Position numbers and translations under genes: made by a program. This document shows positions 10,451-20,799 of a DNA stretch of 64,000 bases, piece by piece (position 1 is the first letter of the stretch; each line of letters opens with the position of its first letter). The stretch comes from Gammaproteobacteria bacterium TMED112 (GTDB lineage: Bacteria > Pseudomonadota > Gammaproteobacteria > Magnimaribacterales > TMED112), in assembly GCA_002170245.2 (NCBI GenBank), contig NHFN02000017.1:153461-217460 (forward strand). The letters run 5' to 3'. Below the pieces are notes generated by a model. It saw nothing but the letters and a program-made list of their open reading frames with translations, was not told where the DNA came from and searched no databases.

Positions 10451-10466
10451 GTGTATATATATACAG
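10451..10466 (-). promoter_or_regulatory. LexA (SOS) box-like operator upstream of recA
   Basis: Minus strand CTGTATATATATACAC, 15/16 match to CTGTATATATATACAG, 13 nt upstream of recA ATG. Confidence 0.7.
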
Positions 10467-10550
10467 TATTAGAGCATATATTTTTTCTATAGTCTAGACA
10501 TTTATAAATTTTTTAACTTTTAATAATGAATTGCAGCCTTATTATAGAAG

Positions 10551-10556
10551 TACAAT
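10551..10556 (+). promoter_or_regulatory. Putative -10 box (TACAAT) of leaderless fdxA
   Basis: 6 nt before the ATG at 10563, no SD. Confidence 0.5.
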
Positions 10557-10562
10557 ATTTCT

Positions 10563-10889
10563 ATGGCATTTATAGTTACTGAATCATGCATTGAATGTAA
10601 ACACACAGATTGCGTTGAAGTTTGTCCTGTCGATTGTTTTTATGAGGGGGAGAATTTTCTTGTTATCAATCCTGATGAGTGTATTGACTGTGGTTTATGT
10701 GAACCAGAGTGTCCAGTTAATGCTATTTTTCCTGAGGATGAACTACCACCTGATCAAATTGCTTTTATAGAAATAAACGACAGGCTTTCTCAAGAATGGC
10801 CAAATATTTCAGAAAAAAAAGAAGCGTTGCCAGAAGCTGAAAAGTTTGCTCAAAAAAAAGAAAAATTCAGTTTGCTCAAAGAAGTCTAA
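10563..10889 (+). CDS. fdxA: 7Fe ferredoxin FdxA
   Basis: [18 protein letters not shown] and [12 protein letters not shown]. Confidence 0.95.
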   Translation: MAFIVTESCIECKHTDCVEVCPVDCFYEGENFLVINPDECIDCGLCEPECPVNAIFPEDELPPDQIAFIEINDRLSQEWPNISEKKEALPEAEKFAQKKEKFSLLKEV

Positions 10890-11620
10890 AATAAATGTGT
10901 CCAGACTGCGGGAATAGATCCCGATATTAATCCGGAGAAAAATACTTTAGTCTTACGCTCATTATTATTAATTCTCTTCATTATTTCAGCTGGTATTATC
11001 AATAAAGATAAGACCATCCCAATAATAAATGGCGCTAAAAACAATACGTCTATATCTTTAATAGCTGTGGTTATATTTCCGTATACTCCCAGAATTACGA
11101 GAACTAAGGAACCAGAAATGCCTGGTAGAAGAAATGCTGCAAAAGCTAAAATGCCCGCAAAAGGTAACAGGAATATATTATTAAAATCTAACTCCAATAA
11201 AGAAAAAGAAATTATAACTGCCATAACTAAACCAAGAATAAAATCAAAAAAGTATTTCAAAGAATCAAAAAAAGGTTGATCAAAAGCACAATTTTTAATT
11301 ACCGCAATAAGCATCACTGCTGAAAGAAAAATTTTTAGCTCATAAAGAAAATTATTCCTTAAATAATCTACTGCAAAAGCAGATAGATATACTGAGATTG
11401 CCATACCTATAAGCAAGGGAATGATAAAACTGAAATTAATCTCCTGAGAAAAATACTTAAAATTGGGTTTCAGCTTAAATGGGCTAAACACATGTAAAAA
11501 AGTTACAAATTCTTTATAAACATTGAATAAACCTGCGATTGTTGCCCCGGAAACACCTGGTGTAATCTCAGCTATTCCCATGCAAAAACCTGCTAAGAAT
11601 TTATGTGAAATGTTAGACAT
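10886..11620 (-). CDS. DUF368 family membrane protein (undecaprenyl-phosphate translocase family)
   Basis: [16 protein letters not shown] and [11 protein letters not shown] repeats, multiple TMs. Confidence 0.88.
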   Translation of the reverse strand: MSNISHKFLAGFCMGIAEITPGVSGATIAGLFNVYKEFVTFLHVFSPFKLKPNFKYFSQEINFSFIIPLLIGMAISVYLSAFAVDYLRNNFLYELKIFLSAVMLIAVIKNCAFDQPFFDSLKYFFDFILGLVMAVIISFSLLELDFNNIFLLPFAGILAFAAFLLPGISGSLVLVILGVYGNITTAIKDIDVLFLAPFIIGMVLSLLIIPAEIMKRINNNERKTKVFFSGLISGSIPAVWTHLF

Positions 11621-12356
11621 TAGGCAACTTGCCTTTCACTTTTTCAAGGTTAGTCATATCCCAAAAAAGTGGAGTTACAGATATATTTTTATTCATGATA
11701 GCTTCAAAATCTGTTCCAGTTAAGTCACCATCTGGATTTCCTGATTTTCCGATTTTATAACTTACTGTCTGATCATCTCCATCAAATTCAGGAGCTAATG
11801 GTACTCCTCTGTTGCCAAGGCGTGTAAATGTAAAGCCGTTGAGTTCATTGAAAGGTAAGTTTGGGATGTTTACATTGAAGACTAACCCAGTATGCCCATT
11901 TTCATCGTAATTATCTGAAACATAATTAAGCATAAGATCAGTTGCCAAGACTGCTGCTTCGAAATGCTCGAAAGATTTACCAGAAATTGAGGTTGCTATG
12001 GGAGGATATTTCAACTTCCTTCCTGTAAATGCTGCTCCCAAAGTTCCGGAGTGAATGACATCATCACCCATGTTAGCTCCTTTATTAATACCTGAAATAA
12101 TGATGTCTGGGATGTCTTTCATTATTGCCATTAATCCCATGAAAACGCAATCTGCCGGAGTGCCATCAACTGCATAAATATCATTTTCTTGCTTTTCAAT
12201 TTGAACTGAAGTTCTCAGAGTAATTGCTGCACCCTGCCCACTTTTATCCTTCTTTGGTGCAATTAAAGTAACATCGTGATTTTCTTGCAGCTTTTCAAAT
12301 AATGCCCTTGTAATCTTCGACTCAATTCCGTCGTCATTTGTTAGTAAAATTTTCAT
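11613..12356 (-). CDS. surE: 5'/3'-nucleotidase SurE
   Basis: ILLTNDDG, GTPADCV, SGINKGANMG. Confidence 0.97.
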   Translation of the reverse strand: MKILLTNDDGIESKITRALFEKLQENHDVTLIAPKKDKSGQGAAITLRTSVQIEKQENDIYAVDGTPADCVFMGLMAIMKDIPDIIISGINKGANMGDDVIHSGTLGAAFTGRKLKYPPIATSISGKSFEHFEAAVLATDLMLNYVSDNYDENGHTGLVFNVNIPNLPFNELNGFTFTRLGNRGVPLAPEFDGDDQTVSYKIGKSGNPDGDLTGTDFEAIMNKNISVTPLFWDMTNLEKVKGKLPNV

Positions 12357-13489
12357 TTATTTAATTTAGCCATTACAAAGCAAGCAGCTCCTTCACTTTT
12401 TCCAATGAAGCCCATCTTTTCAGAAGTCTTTGCTTTAAAACCTATATTTGACTCTTTTAGACCTGTTATCCTTTTTAAGCTAGTTATAATTTTTTCTCTA
12501 AAAGTATTTAATCTAGGCTCTTCCAATACTACGATTATATCAATCTGACTTAGTGAATACCCTTTTTCTTTAATCATTTCATTGGTTAATTTATATAAAT
12601 ATTCACCTTCACTATCTTTCCATTCCTCTGTATTTGGGAAATGTGTGCCTATATCACCAATACCAAGTGAACCAAGCATAGAGTCAATTAAGGCATGTAA
12701 AACAATATCACCATCGGAATGAGCATCAAATTTATATTGACAAGGGATTTTGCATCCACCAATCATTAGTCCATCTCCAGGGAGAAATCTATGGCTATCA
12801 AACCCATTTCCTATTTTTTCATTTAGTAAATCTTCCTGCACGGTAATCTTTATGTTTGACCTACTACCAGGAAGAAATCTTACTTTTCCTCCTATTTTTT
12901 CAATTGCTTCTGATTCGTCACCAGGATAAAACTTATCATTCAGACAAAAATTAATCGACTCCTTTAAAACATTTGAAAGGCAAATCTGAGGTGTTTGAGC
13001 TAAATAATATTTGTTTCTATCAACACTTTTTTTAATTGATAAAGTATCAGGATCAATTTTTTTTAATGCTTCATAAATTGGAATTCCATAGACAAGAGCA
13101 TCATCTTTTTCTTCATCAAAATTTACAATAAGATTTTTAATCATCTCAGTCTGAATAAATGGCCTGACTGCATCGTGCACAATTACCATACTGTTTTCTT
13201 TGATGGTTTTTAGAGCATTTAAAACAGATTCAGCTCTAGTGTCGCCTCCCGACACAATCTGAATTTTTTCATTTTTTGCAATGTCTAAATTTGAGAAAAT
13301 TTTATCTTGTTCTCCAAGAGGAATAATTAACTTTATAATCTCATCAATATTTAGGAAATGATTAATTGTTTTTTCAATAATCAACTCTTCATTTATGTTG
13401 AAATATTGTTTTGGAATTGCTGCGTTAAATCTTGTTCCAGACCCTGCAGATGGAATTATTGCATAAACTTTTTTAATCTGGTTCTTCAT
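12353..13489 (-). CDS. ispDF: Bifunctional IspD/IspF (MEP pathway)
   Basis: IspD AGSGTRF..PKQY, VHDAVRP, QTPQ, NIKIT fused to IspF IGNGFDSH, HSDGDIVLHA, KAKTSEKMG. Confidence 0.93.
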   Translation of the reverse strand: MKNQIKKVYAIIPSAGSGTRFNAAIPKQYFNINEELIIEKTINHFLNIDEIIKLIIPLGEQDKIFSNLDIAKNEKIQIVSGGDTRAESVLNALKTIKENSMVIVHDAVRPFIQTEMIKNLIVNFDEEKDDALVYGIPIYEALKKIDPDTLSIKKSVDRNKYYLAQTPQICLSNVLKESINFCLNDKFYPGDESEAIEKIGGKVRFLPGSRSNIKITVQEDLLNEKIGNGFDSHRFLPGDGLMIGGCKIPCQYKFDAHSDGDIVLHALIDSMLGSLGIGDIGTHFPNTEEWKDSEGEYLYKLTNEMIKEKGYSLSQIDIIVVLEEPRLNTFREKIITSLKRITGLKESNIGFKAKTSEKMGFIGKSEGAACFVMAKLNK

Positions 13490-13769
13490 CTATGTATTCT
13501 TCACCTTCCCTTATTAGCCCTAAATTTTCCCTAGCTATATGCTCTACATATTCTTCATTATTTTTGAGCAATCTAATTTCATCTTTGAGCATCTCATTTT
13601 TCTCTGAAATATTTATTAGTTCATCTTCCTTTTTTTCAATTAATGTTTCTAATTTTTTGTTTTCTTGGAGGCTAAATTGACCAAATAAAATGTCTCTTAA
13701 TAAGCTTGCTAAAATAATAATGAATAATATCAATGCTAAAAATCTAAAAATCTTTTTGACGGCACTCAT
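13473..13769 (-). CDS. ftsB: Septum formation protein FtsB
   Basis: TM, coiled coil, EHIARENLGLIREGE; position eno-ftsB-ispD. Confidence 0.88.
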   Translation of the reverse strand: MSAVKKIFRFLALILFIIILASLLRDILFGQFSLQENKKLETLIEKKEDELINISEKNEMLKDEIRLLKNNEEYVEHIARENLGLIREGEEYIDEEPD

Positions 13770-15019
13770 GGGTATAACTCGTCTTCAATAAGAAGTAGAC
13801 GATTATATTTAGCAGTTCTATCCGATCTAGCAGGTGCACCAGTTTTTATTTGACCAGCATCTACAGCCACAGCTAGGTCGGCAATAAAACTATCCTCAGT
13901 CTCTCCAGACCTGTGGGATATTATGGTCTTATAGCCATTTTTTTTTGCAAGACAAATTGTTTGTAACGTTTCTGATAACGTGCCCACTTGATTAAGTTTT
14001 ATTAAAATAGAGTTAGCAACTTTGTTTTTTATTCCCTTTTTAAGAAGCTTTTCTTTAGTAACAAATATATCATCTCCTACTATCTGAAAATCATTGTTGT
14101 TTGTAAAAGTTTTCCATGCATCCCAGTCCGTCTCATCAAACGGATCTTCAACTGACTTAATTTCATATTTATTAATTAGCGATTCTAAGTAATAAATCAT
14201 TTGCTCAGACGAAAAGTTTTTATTTTCTCCTATCAATCTATAGGAATTTTCAGTGAAAAGTTCAGATGCTGCGCAATCTAGTGCAATTGAAATATCATCT
14301 AGATAAGTTAAGCCTGCTCGTTCTATTGATTCAATAATTAAATCTAGAACTTCTTCAGATTTTTTCAAACTTGGGGCAAAGCCCCCTTCATCTCCTACAG
14401 ATACGCTGAGCCCTTTCTCTTTTAAAAGATTTTTTAGATGATTATAGACTTCCACAGATTTCATTAACCCATCTTTGAAATTAAATTTTTTTGATGGAAT
14501 GATCATAAACTCTTGAATGTCAACGCTATTGTTTGCGTGACACCCACCATTCATTATATTGAGCATAGGAACTGGAATTGACATAGCAGAATCTTTATTT
14601 GTCATCCCTTTATACATAATATTTAAATATTCGTATAAAGAAGTGTTCATTGACTTTGATGCTGCTCTTGCACAAGCCAGGGAAACAGATAAGATTGCAT
14701 TTGCTCCAAGTTTGGATTTATTTTCTGTGGCATCAAATTCAATAAGTTTGTTATCTATTTCGAGTTGATCCTCTGGAGAAACCTCTCTTAAAATTTTCAA
14801 TGTTTCCTCAGAGTTTTTCACCGCACCTTGAACTCCTAAACCACCATATCTTTGTTTATCCCCGTCCCTCAATTCATATGCCTCAAGCTGGCCTGTAGAT
14901 GCTCCACTCGGAACCATTGCTTGGCCAATACTGCCATCGTCAAGATATACACTTGTACATAACGTTGGTCTAGCTCTTGAGTCTAAGACTTCAATTGATT
15001 TAATTCTTGATATTTTCAT
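13766..15019 (-). CDS. eno: Enolase
   Basis: VPSGASTG, GDEGGFAP, SHRSGETED, GQIKTG. Confidence 0.98.
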   Translation of the reverse strand: MKISRIKSIEVLDSRARPTLCTSVYLDDGSIGQAMVPSGASTGQLEAYELRDGDKQRYGGLGVQGAVKNSEETLKILREVSPEDQLEIDNKLIEFDATENKSKLGANAILSVSLACARAASKSMNTSLYEYLNIMYKGMTNKDSAMSIPVPMLNIMNGGCHANNSVDIQEFMIIPSKKFNFKDGLMKSVEVYNHLKNLLKEKGLSVSVGDEGGFAPSLKKSEEVLDLIIESIERAGLTYLDDISIALDCAASELFTENSYRLIGENKNFSSEQMIYYLESLINKYEIKSVEDPFDETDWDAWKTFTNNNDFQIVGDDIFVTKEKLLKKGIKNKVANSILIKLNQVGTLSETLQTICLAKKNGYKTIISHRSGETEDSFIADLAVAVDAGQIKTGAPARSDRTAKYNRLLLIEDELYP

Positions 15020-15831
15020 TAGTTACTTTTCACAAATTCATCTAAAGAAATAATTTTTTCCATGAATATGTCTAAGTCAGCTAATTTCAGTGCACATGGA
15101 CCATCACATTTTGCTTGGCTTGGATCAGGATGAGTTTCAAGAAAAATACCCGCTATATTTTGAGAAATACCAGCTTTAGCTAGCTCAAGAACATATTGGC
15201 CTCGACCCCCAGTGCTTTTTTCTAACAATCCTGGTTGTTGTAAGGAATGAGTGACATCAAAAAATACAGGATTACCTTGCTCTTTTAAAATTTGAAAATT
15301 TAAGGTATCCACAACTAAATTGTTGTAACCGAAAATATTTCCTCTTTCACAAAGTATTACATCATTGTTTCCAGCCGTACTACATTTCTTTACAGCATGA
15401 AACATTTCTTTCGCTGAGGAGAATTGAGGTTTTTTAATGTTGAGAACTTTTTTTGTTTTTGCTGCTGCAACAATTAAATCAGTTTGTCTGCACAAAAATG
15501 CAGGAATCTGTAGCACTTCACAAACTTCAGCAACTGGTGTAGCCTGATTTGGTTCATGAATATCAGTAATTACAGATAAATCAAACTCATTTTTTACTTT
15601 CTCTAAGCTTTTAAGGCCTTCATCTAATCCTGGGCCTCTAAAAGAATCTAATGAAGACCTATTTGCTTTATCAAATGAAGCTTTGAAGACGTAATTAAAA
15701 TCTAATTTTTCAGATAATATTTTAAATTTCTCTGCTACTGAGAGTAGCAAATCATCAGACTCAATGACATTAACACCTCCAAAAACTGTCAATTTAGTTT
15801 CATTAGATACTTCTCTTCCATTTATTTTCAT
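15019..15831 (-). CDS. kdsA: KDO-8-phosphate synthase
   Basis: KASFDKANRSS, QIPAFLCRQTDL, DVTHSLQ. Confidence 0.97.
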   Translation of the reverse strand: MKINGREVSNETKLTVFGGVNVIESDDLLLSVAEKFKILSEKLDFNYVFKASFDKANRSSLDSFRGPGLDEGLKSLEKVKNEFDLSVITDIHEPNQATPVAEVCEVLQIPAFLCRQTDLIVAAAKTKKVLNIKKPQFSSAKEMFHAVKKCSTAGNNDVILCERGNIFGYNNLVVDTLNFQILKEQGNPVFFDVTHSLQQPGLLEKSTGGRGQYVLELAKAGISQNIAGIFLETHPDPSQAKCDGPCALKLADLDIFMEKIISLDEFVKSN

Positions 15832-17468
15832 TTTTTGCTCCTTTTTACCTCTGCAGCTTTAATAAAATCATTAAAAAGAGGGTGGCCTTTTTTTGGCTTT
15901 GATGTAAATTCAGGATGAAATTGGCATGCAACAAACCATGGATGATTTTCAAGCTCTATCATTTCAACAAGGTCATGCATTTCTGATCTTGCTGATACAA
16001 TAAGACCATGTTTTTCTAAGTCTGGAAGATAACTTGGATTCACTTCATACCTATGTCTATGTCTTTCAAAAATTGAACTTTTTTTGTATAGCCTTTTTGC
16101 TAAGGTTCCATTTTTTAGGAAAGCTACTTGAGCTCCAAGCCTCATAGTTCCACCTTTATCTGATTTATGATTTCTTTTCTCAATAGTTCCATCCTCATTT
16201 TTCCATTCTGTTACTAGAGAGATAACCTTATTTTTAACTCCTTTTTTGAATTCCGTACTATTAGCATCTTTTAGTTTTAACAAGTTTCTTGTCATCTCTA
16301 TGATTGCAATTTGTAAGCCTAAACAAATCCCAAAATAAGGAGTATTTGATTCTCTTGCATATTTTGCAGCCAAAACCATACCTTCTATTCCTCTATCTCC
16401 AAACCCTCCTGGAACTAAAATTGCATCTGAATTTTTTAGAGTTTTTTTGTAGTTTTTTGTATCAAGTTTTTCAGAGTTAATAAAATTGATTGTTACTTTT
16501 GTATCATTATGTATTCCGGCATGATCTAAAGACTCAATTAAGGAAAAATATGCATCTTTTAAATCCACATATTTTCCAACAAAAGAAATATTTACTTCTT
16601 TAGTTGGTTGAAGCTTTCTCTTGACAACTTTTTTCCATTCTTTCAGGTTGGGAGGAGTATTTTCTAGCTGTAATTTGTCAGTGAGTATTTCGTCTAAACC
16701 TTCTTTTGCTAGAAAAACAGGTACCTCATAGATAGTCTTCATATTAGGCAGTGATATGACTGTTCCTTTTGGCATCGAGCAGAATAAACCAATTTTATCT
16801 TTGCTCTCCGATGTTAGTTCAAATTCAGACCTACAAATAAGAATATCTGGCTGAACACCAAGACTTCTAAATTCTTTTACAGAGTGTTGTGTAGGTTTTG
16901 TTTTTAATTCTCCTGCATTGGAAAGATATGGAACAAGTGTCAAGTGAAGGTACGCTGTCTGATAATTCTTTAATTCAAGGCCTAACTGTCGTATTGCCTC
17001 AATAAATGATTGACTTTCAATGTCACCAACTGTTCCCCCAATCTCAATTATTGCAATATCACAATCTTTTGATGCTTCAATTATTCTTCTTTTAATTTCA
17101 TCGGTAATATGTGGGATGATTTGAACGGTTTTACCTAGATAATCACCTTTTCTTTCTTTCTTTAATACTGAGTAATAAATTTTTCCTGCAGTAAAATTAT
17201 TTTTTTTGGTACAGGTATTGTTAATAAATCTCTCGTAATGGCCAAGATCTAAATCCGTCTCAGTACCATCTTCAAGAACAAATACCTCTCCATGTTGAAA
17301 AGGGCTCATAGTACCTGGATCAACATTAAAATAAGGGTCAAGTTTTATTACTGAGACTTTGTATCCTTTTGATTCAAGAATTGAACCTATTGAGGCTGAA
17401 GTGATTCCTTTCCCTAGAGATGAAACAACACCTCCTGTGACAAAAATATATCTAGTGTCTTTGAGCAA
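15828..17468 (-). CDS. pyrG: CTP synthase
   Basis: GGVVSSLGKG, GICLG, QFHPEF. Confidence 0.98.
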   Translation of the reverse strand: MLKDTRYIFVTGGVVSSLGKGITSASIGSILESKGYKVSVIKLDPYFNVDPGTMSPFQHGEVFVLEDGTETDLDLGHYERFINNTCTKKNNFTAGKIYYSVLKKERKGDYLGKTVQIIPHITDEIKRRIIEASKDCDIAIIEIGGTVGDIESQSFIEAIRQLGLELKNYQTAYLHLTLVPYLSNAGELKTKPTQHSVKEFRSLGVQPDILICRSEFELTSESKDKIGLFCSMPKGTVISLPNMKTIYEVPVFLAKEGLDEILTDKLQLENTPPNLKEWKKVVKRKLQPTKEVNISFVGKYVDLKDAYFSLIESLDHAGIHNDTKVTINFINSEKLDTKNYKKTLKNSDAILVPGGFGDRGIEGMVLAAKYARESNTPYFGICLGLQIAIIEMTRNLLKLKDANSTEFKKGVKNKVISLVTEWKNEDGTIEKRNHKSDKGGTMRLGAQVAFLKNGTLAKRLYKKSSIFERHRHRYEVNPSYLPDLEKHGLIVSARSEMHDLVEMIELENHPWFVACQFHPEFTSKPKKGHPLFNDFIKAAEVKRSKK

Positions 17469-17483
17469 AATAAAATCCTTAAG

Positions 17484-18527
17484 CTATTCTAAATAATTTT
17501 TATCAACTCTACCCGAGATATTTGTTAATAAACGATATGAAATGTTCTTAAATTCAGATGAAAAACTTGTTAAGTCTGTATTAAATCCCCAAAGCTCTAC
17601 CCAATCTCCAATTTTAATTGATTCATCACGATCAAGATCTATTGTTATTGCATCCATATTTATTCTTCCTGCTGTTTTAAATACCTTGCCATTTATACGA
17701 ACATCTATTGGATCAGAAAAGTATGGAAATCCGTCTGCATAGCCAATGCCTATAACTGCTATTTTTGTATCATGTACTGATGTCCATGACATATCATAGC
17801 CAACACTATCTCCTTTCCTTATATCCTTGATCGAAATGATTTTTGATCTCAGTTTAGTGGTAGGTTTAATGCCAAGTTCGAGATATTTGCCTCCATACAA
17901 TCCAATGCCAGGTCTCACGATATCGAAATGTGCTTCTGGAAAATTAAAAACAGCCCCTGTATTGCAAAGACTTTTTCTTTCAGGCATATTTTTTGTAATT
18001 TTTTTAAAAACTTCTATTTGTTTTTTATTCATAGCATTATTCTTCTGGCTTGAACAAGCTAAGTGTGACATTAGAATTACTTCGGCAAATCTCTCCTTAT
18101 TCATTGTCTTATAAATATCAACAAAATCTTCCTCTTTTAGCCCAAACCTATTCATGCCTGTTTCTATCTTTAGCCAAATTCGCGAATTAGATAAATTATG
18201 TTGGTCAATCCCATCTAGCTGCCATCTTGAATGCACTACAAAATCAAGGTTCAAATCTTCAATATTAGAATAATCCTTAGTTTCATGTACGCCTTGGAGC
18301 AATAAGATAGGTTTATCTGTCAATTGTCTAAGTGCTCTTGCTTCATCAATGGTGATAACTGCAAAGGACTCAACATCCTTTGATAGTTCATGATATACCT
18401 CATTTATAGCTAAACCGTATGCGCCAGCCTTCACAACAGCTTGAATATCTGAGGATGTATATTTTTTTATGAGAGAAAGGTTGTCCTTAATGGACTTAAG
18501 GTTAATCTGCAGTTCTGTCTTGCGCAT
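17484..18527 (-). CDS. alr: Alanine racemase
   Basis: AVVKAGAYG, TGMNRFG, GYADG; follows dnaB. Confidence 0.93.
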   Translation of the reverse strand: MRKTELQINLKSIKDNLSLIKKYTSSDIQAVVKAGAYGLAINEVYHELSKDVESFAVITIDEARALRQLTDKPILLLQGVHETKDYSNIEDLNLDFVVHSRWQLDGIDQHNLSNSRIWLKIETGMNRFGLKEEDFVDIYKTMNKERFAEVILMSHLACSSQKNNAMNKKQIEVFKKITKNMPERKSLCNTGAVFNFPEAHFDIVRPGIGLYGGKYLELGIKPTTKLRSKIISIKDIRKGDSVGYDMSWTSVHDTKIAVIGIGYADGFPYFSDPIDVRINGKVFKTAGRINMDAITIDLDRDESIKIGDWVELWGFNTDLTSFSSEFKNISYRLLTNISGRVDKNYLE

Positions 18528-19860
18528 AATTATTCATTATTTCTGGAGCAAGATCACCAAATCTAGTAAGTTCGTCCCTAAATGACAGAAGGACTCTCTT
18601 TGTTGGACCGTTTCTATGCTTAACTAAATTTAGTTCAGCAACATTTTTCCATTCCTCATTTTTGTTATAAACAAAATCTCTGTATAACATGAAAATTAAG
18701 TCTGCATCTTGCTCAATGGCACCAGAATCTCTTAGATCTGACATCTGAGGTCTTTTATTTGGTCTCTGTTCAACTCCTCTATTTAGCTGAGAAAGAACAA
18801 GAACAGGGGCTTCAACTTCTTTTGCTAAGTATTTCAATGATCTTGAAATATCTGATAATTCATTGACCCTATTTTCATTTCGTCCTGGCATCTGCATCAA
18901 CTGAATATAATCTATAACCACAAGATTTACACCTCCAGTATCTCTAAACTTTTTAGCTAACCTTCTGCACTTCGCTCTAATTTCAACTGGTGAAATATTA
19001 GGTTTGTCATCAACAAAAAGGTTTAACTCTTTCATTCTGGCTGACTGTTTTGCAATTTTTTCCCATTGTCTATCCGTTAAATTTGCAGATTTAACATTTG
19101 ATTGTGAAATTCCAGCCATCGAAGCCATCATCCTGGAGGTTAATGACTGAGAGGACATCTCTAAACTAAAGACTGCAACACAACCGTCATCATTTTTTGC
19201 TACATTTTCAGCAATATTCATGGCAAGTGAAGTTTTTCCCATACTCGGTCTTCCTGCTATTACAATTAAATCCTCTTTTTGAAGACCTTGTGTTAGGCCA
19301 TCAACAGCTTTAAATCCAGATGAAAGACCTATCAGTTCACCTTGTTTTTTTGCTAGCTCTCCTAACCTATCGAGAGTTTGCCCTACATATTCATCAATTT
19401 TTTTCAGCGAATCTGTTTTTGAACGGTTTTCTGAAAGTTCAAAAATTTTACTTTCGGCTTCATTTAGTAAATCATCACTAGTTTTGCCTTTCGGATCCTT
19501 AGCAAGCCTCATTAACTCATCTAAAACCTTTCGTAAATTTCTATCTATAGATTGATCTTTAACAGTATTGGCGTAACTATCAGCGTTTAATGCTGAGATT
19601 GGAATAGTTTGCAGTTCTTTTAGATAGTCTACTCCCCCGATCCTTTTTAAAGAATTTTTTCTATCTAAGAGCTTAGATACTGTAATGTGATCAATGGCTT
19701 TGTCTTGGTCTGCGAGTTCTTTAATACATTCATAGATTTCTTTATGAACATCAGATTCAAAGTCAACAGAACTTATTAAGGCGTCTACCTCAGGATATTT
19801 TTCTCTTGATAATAATAAGGCGCCTAAAACTGCTTGTTCTACTTCTATACTACTTGGCAT
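18502..19860 (-). CDS. dnaB: Replicative helicase DnaB
   Basis: AGRPSMGKT, IDYIQLM, SDLRDSGAIEQDAD. Confidence 0.98.
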   Translation of the reverse strand: MPSSIEVEQAVLGALLLSREKYPEVDALISSVDFESDVHKEIYECIKELADQDKAIDHITVSKLLDRKNSLKRIGGVDYLKELQTIPISALNADSYANTVKDQSIDRNLRKVLDELMRLAKDPKGKTSDDLLNEAESKIFELSENRSKTDSLKKIDEYVGQTLDRLGELAKKQGELIGLSSGFKAVDGLTQGLQKEDLIVIAGRPSMGKTSLAMNIAENVAKNDDGCVAVFSLEMSSQSLTSRMMASMAGISQSNVKSANLTDRQWEKIAKQSARMKELNLFVDDKPNISPVEIRAKCRRLAKKFRDTGGVNLVVIDYIQLMQMPGRNENRVNELSDISRSLKYLAKEVEAPVLVLSQLNRGVEQRPNKRPQMSDLRDSGAIEQDADLIFMLYRDFVYNKNEEWKNVAELNLVKHRNGPTKRVLLSFRDELTRFGDLAPEIMNNYAQDRTAD

Positions 19861-20309
19861 TACGTTGCTTTTACTTCTATAGATATAGATTTAACTATTT
19901 CTGGATGAAGTTCAACGTTTACAGTGAATTCTCCGACCTCTTTTATTGGTCCGGTCAATAAAATAATTGATGATTTACGTACAAAATCACGGCCTTCAGC
20001 ATGTAATGCATCTAAAATTTCTGAAACACCAACAGAACCAAACAAAGCACCACTTTCTTGAGCATTAGCTGATATTACTAATTTAAAGTCTTCAAGATGG
20101 AGTGCATTTGCTTCAGCTAAAGATAATTCATCTTTTGCTTTTTTAAGGTATTCTTCTTTTTTTTCTTCAAAATCGTTGATGTACTGATCTGTTGCTGGCA
20201 ATGCTTTGTGATAAGGCAATAAAAAATTACGAGCAAAACCAGATTTTACATCTACAATATCGCCAATATTCCCTAAGTTTTTTATCTTAGTAACTAAGAC
20301 TACTTTCAT
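19860..20309 (-). CDS. rplI: 50S ribosomal protein L9
   Basis: [17 protein letters not shown]. Confidence 0.96.
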   Translation of the reverse strand: MKVVLVTKIKNLGNIGDIVDVKSGFARNFLLPYHKALPATDQYINDFEEKKEEYLKKAKDELSLAEANALHLEDFKLVISANAQESGALFGSVGVSEILDALHAEGRDFVRKSSIILLTGPIKEVGEFTVNVELHPEIVKSISIEVKAT

Positions 20310-20512
20310 TTATCTTCTTCAATTTTATGTTTTTCTGTGAAAGGCAATAAGCCCAACAAACGTGCTTTTTTAATAGCCTTAGTAAGTTTTCTTTGTTCTT
20401 TCGCGTTCAGTCTAGTATATCTGGATGAGAGAATTTTCCCATTTTCTGAAATAAATCCTTTAAGAGTATTTGCATCTCTGTAATCAATATTTAATTTTTT
20501 TTCTTCAGTCAT
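20306..20512 (-). CDS. rpsR: 30S ribosomal protein S18 (short N-terminus, no cysteines)
   Basis: [26 protein letters not shown]. Confidence 0.95.
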   Translation of the reverse strand: MTEEKKLNIDYRDANTLKGFISENGKILSSRYTRLNAKEQRKLTKAIKKARLLGLLPFTEKHKIEEDK

Positions 20513-20799
20513 TATGAGGTAAGTTTTACAGTTAAGTGACGAAAAACATTTTGATCATATCTAAATTTTTCTTCTAATAAATTAAGTGTTTCTGGTTCAA
20601 CGCTCACATCCAAATGGATGTAGTTAGCATAGTTCATATTATTAATTGGATATGCTAATTGTCTTTTTCCCAAAAGCTTTGTATCTATTAAGTCGCCTTT
20701 ATTGTCAGAAATAAGTTTCTTTAGACTGCCTATAAAATCGTCAACTTCATCCATAGTATTTGGATTTAATAGAAGCATTAATTCATATTTTTGCATCAC
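20512..20799 (-). CDS. rpsF: 30S ribosomal protein S6
   Basis: [17 protein letters not shown]; precedes rpsR. Confidence 0.92.
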   Translation of the reverse strand: MMQKYELMLLLNPNTMDEVDDFIGSLKKLISDNKGDLIDTKLLGKRQLAYPINNMNYANYIHLDVSVEPETLNLLEEKFRYDQNVFRHLTVKLTS

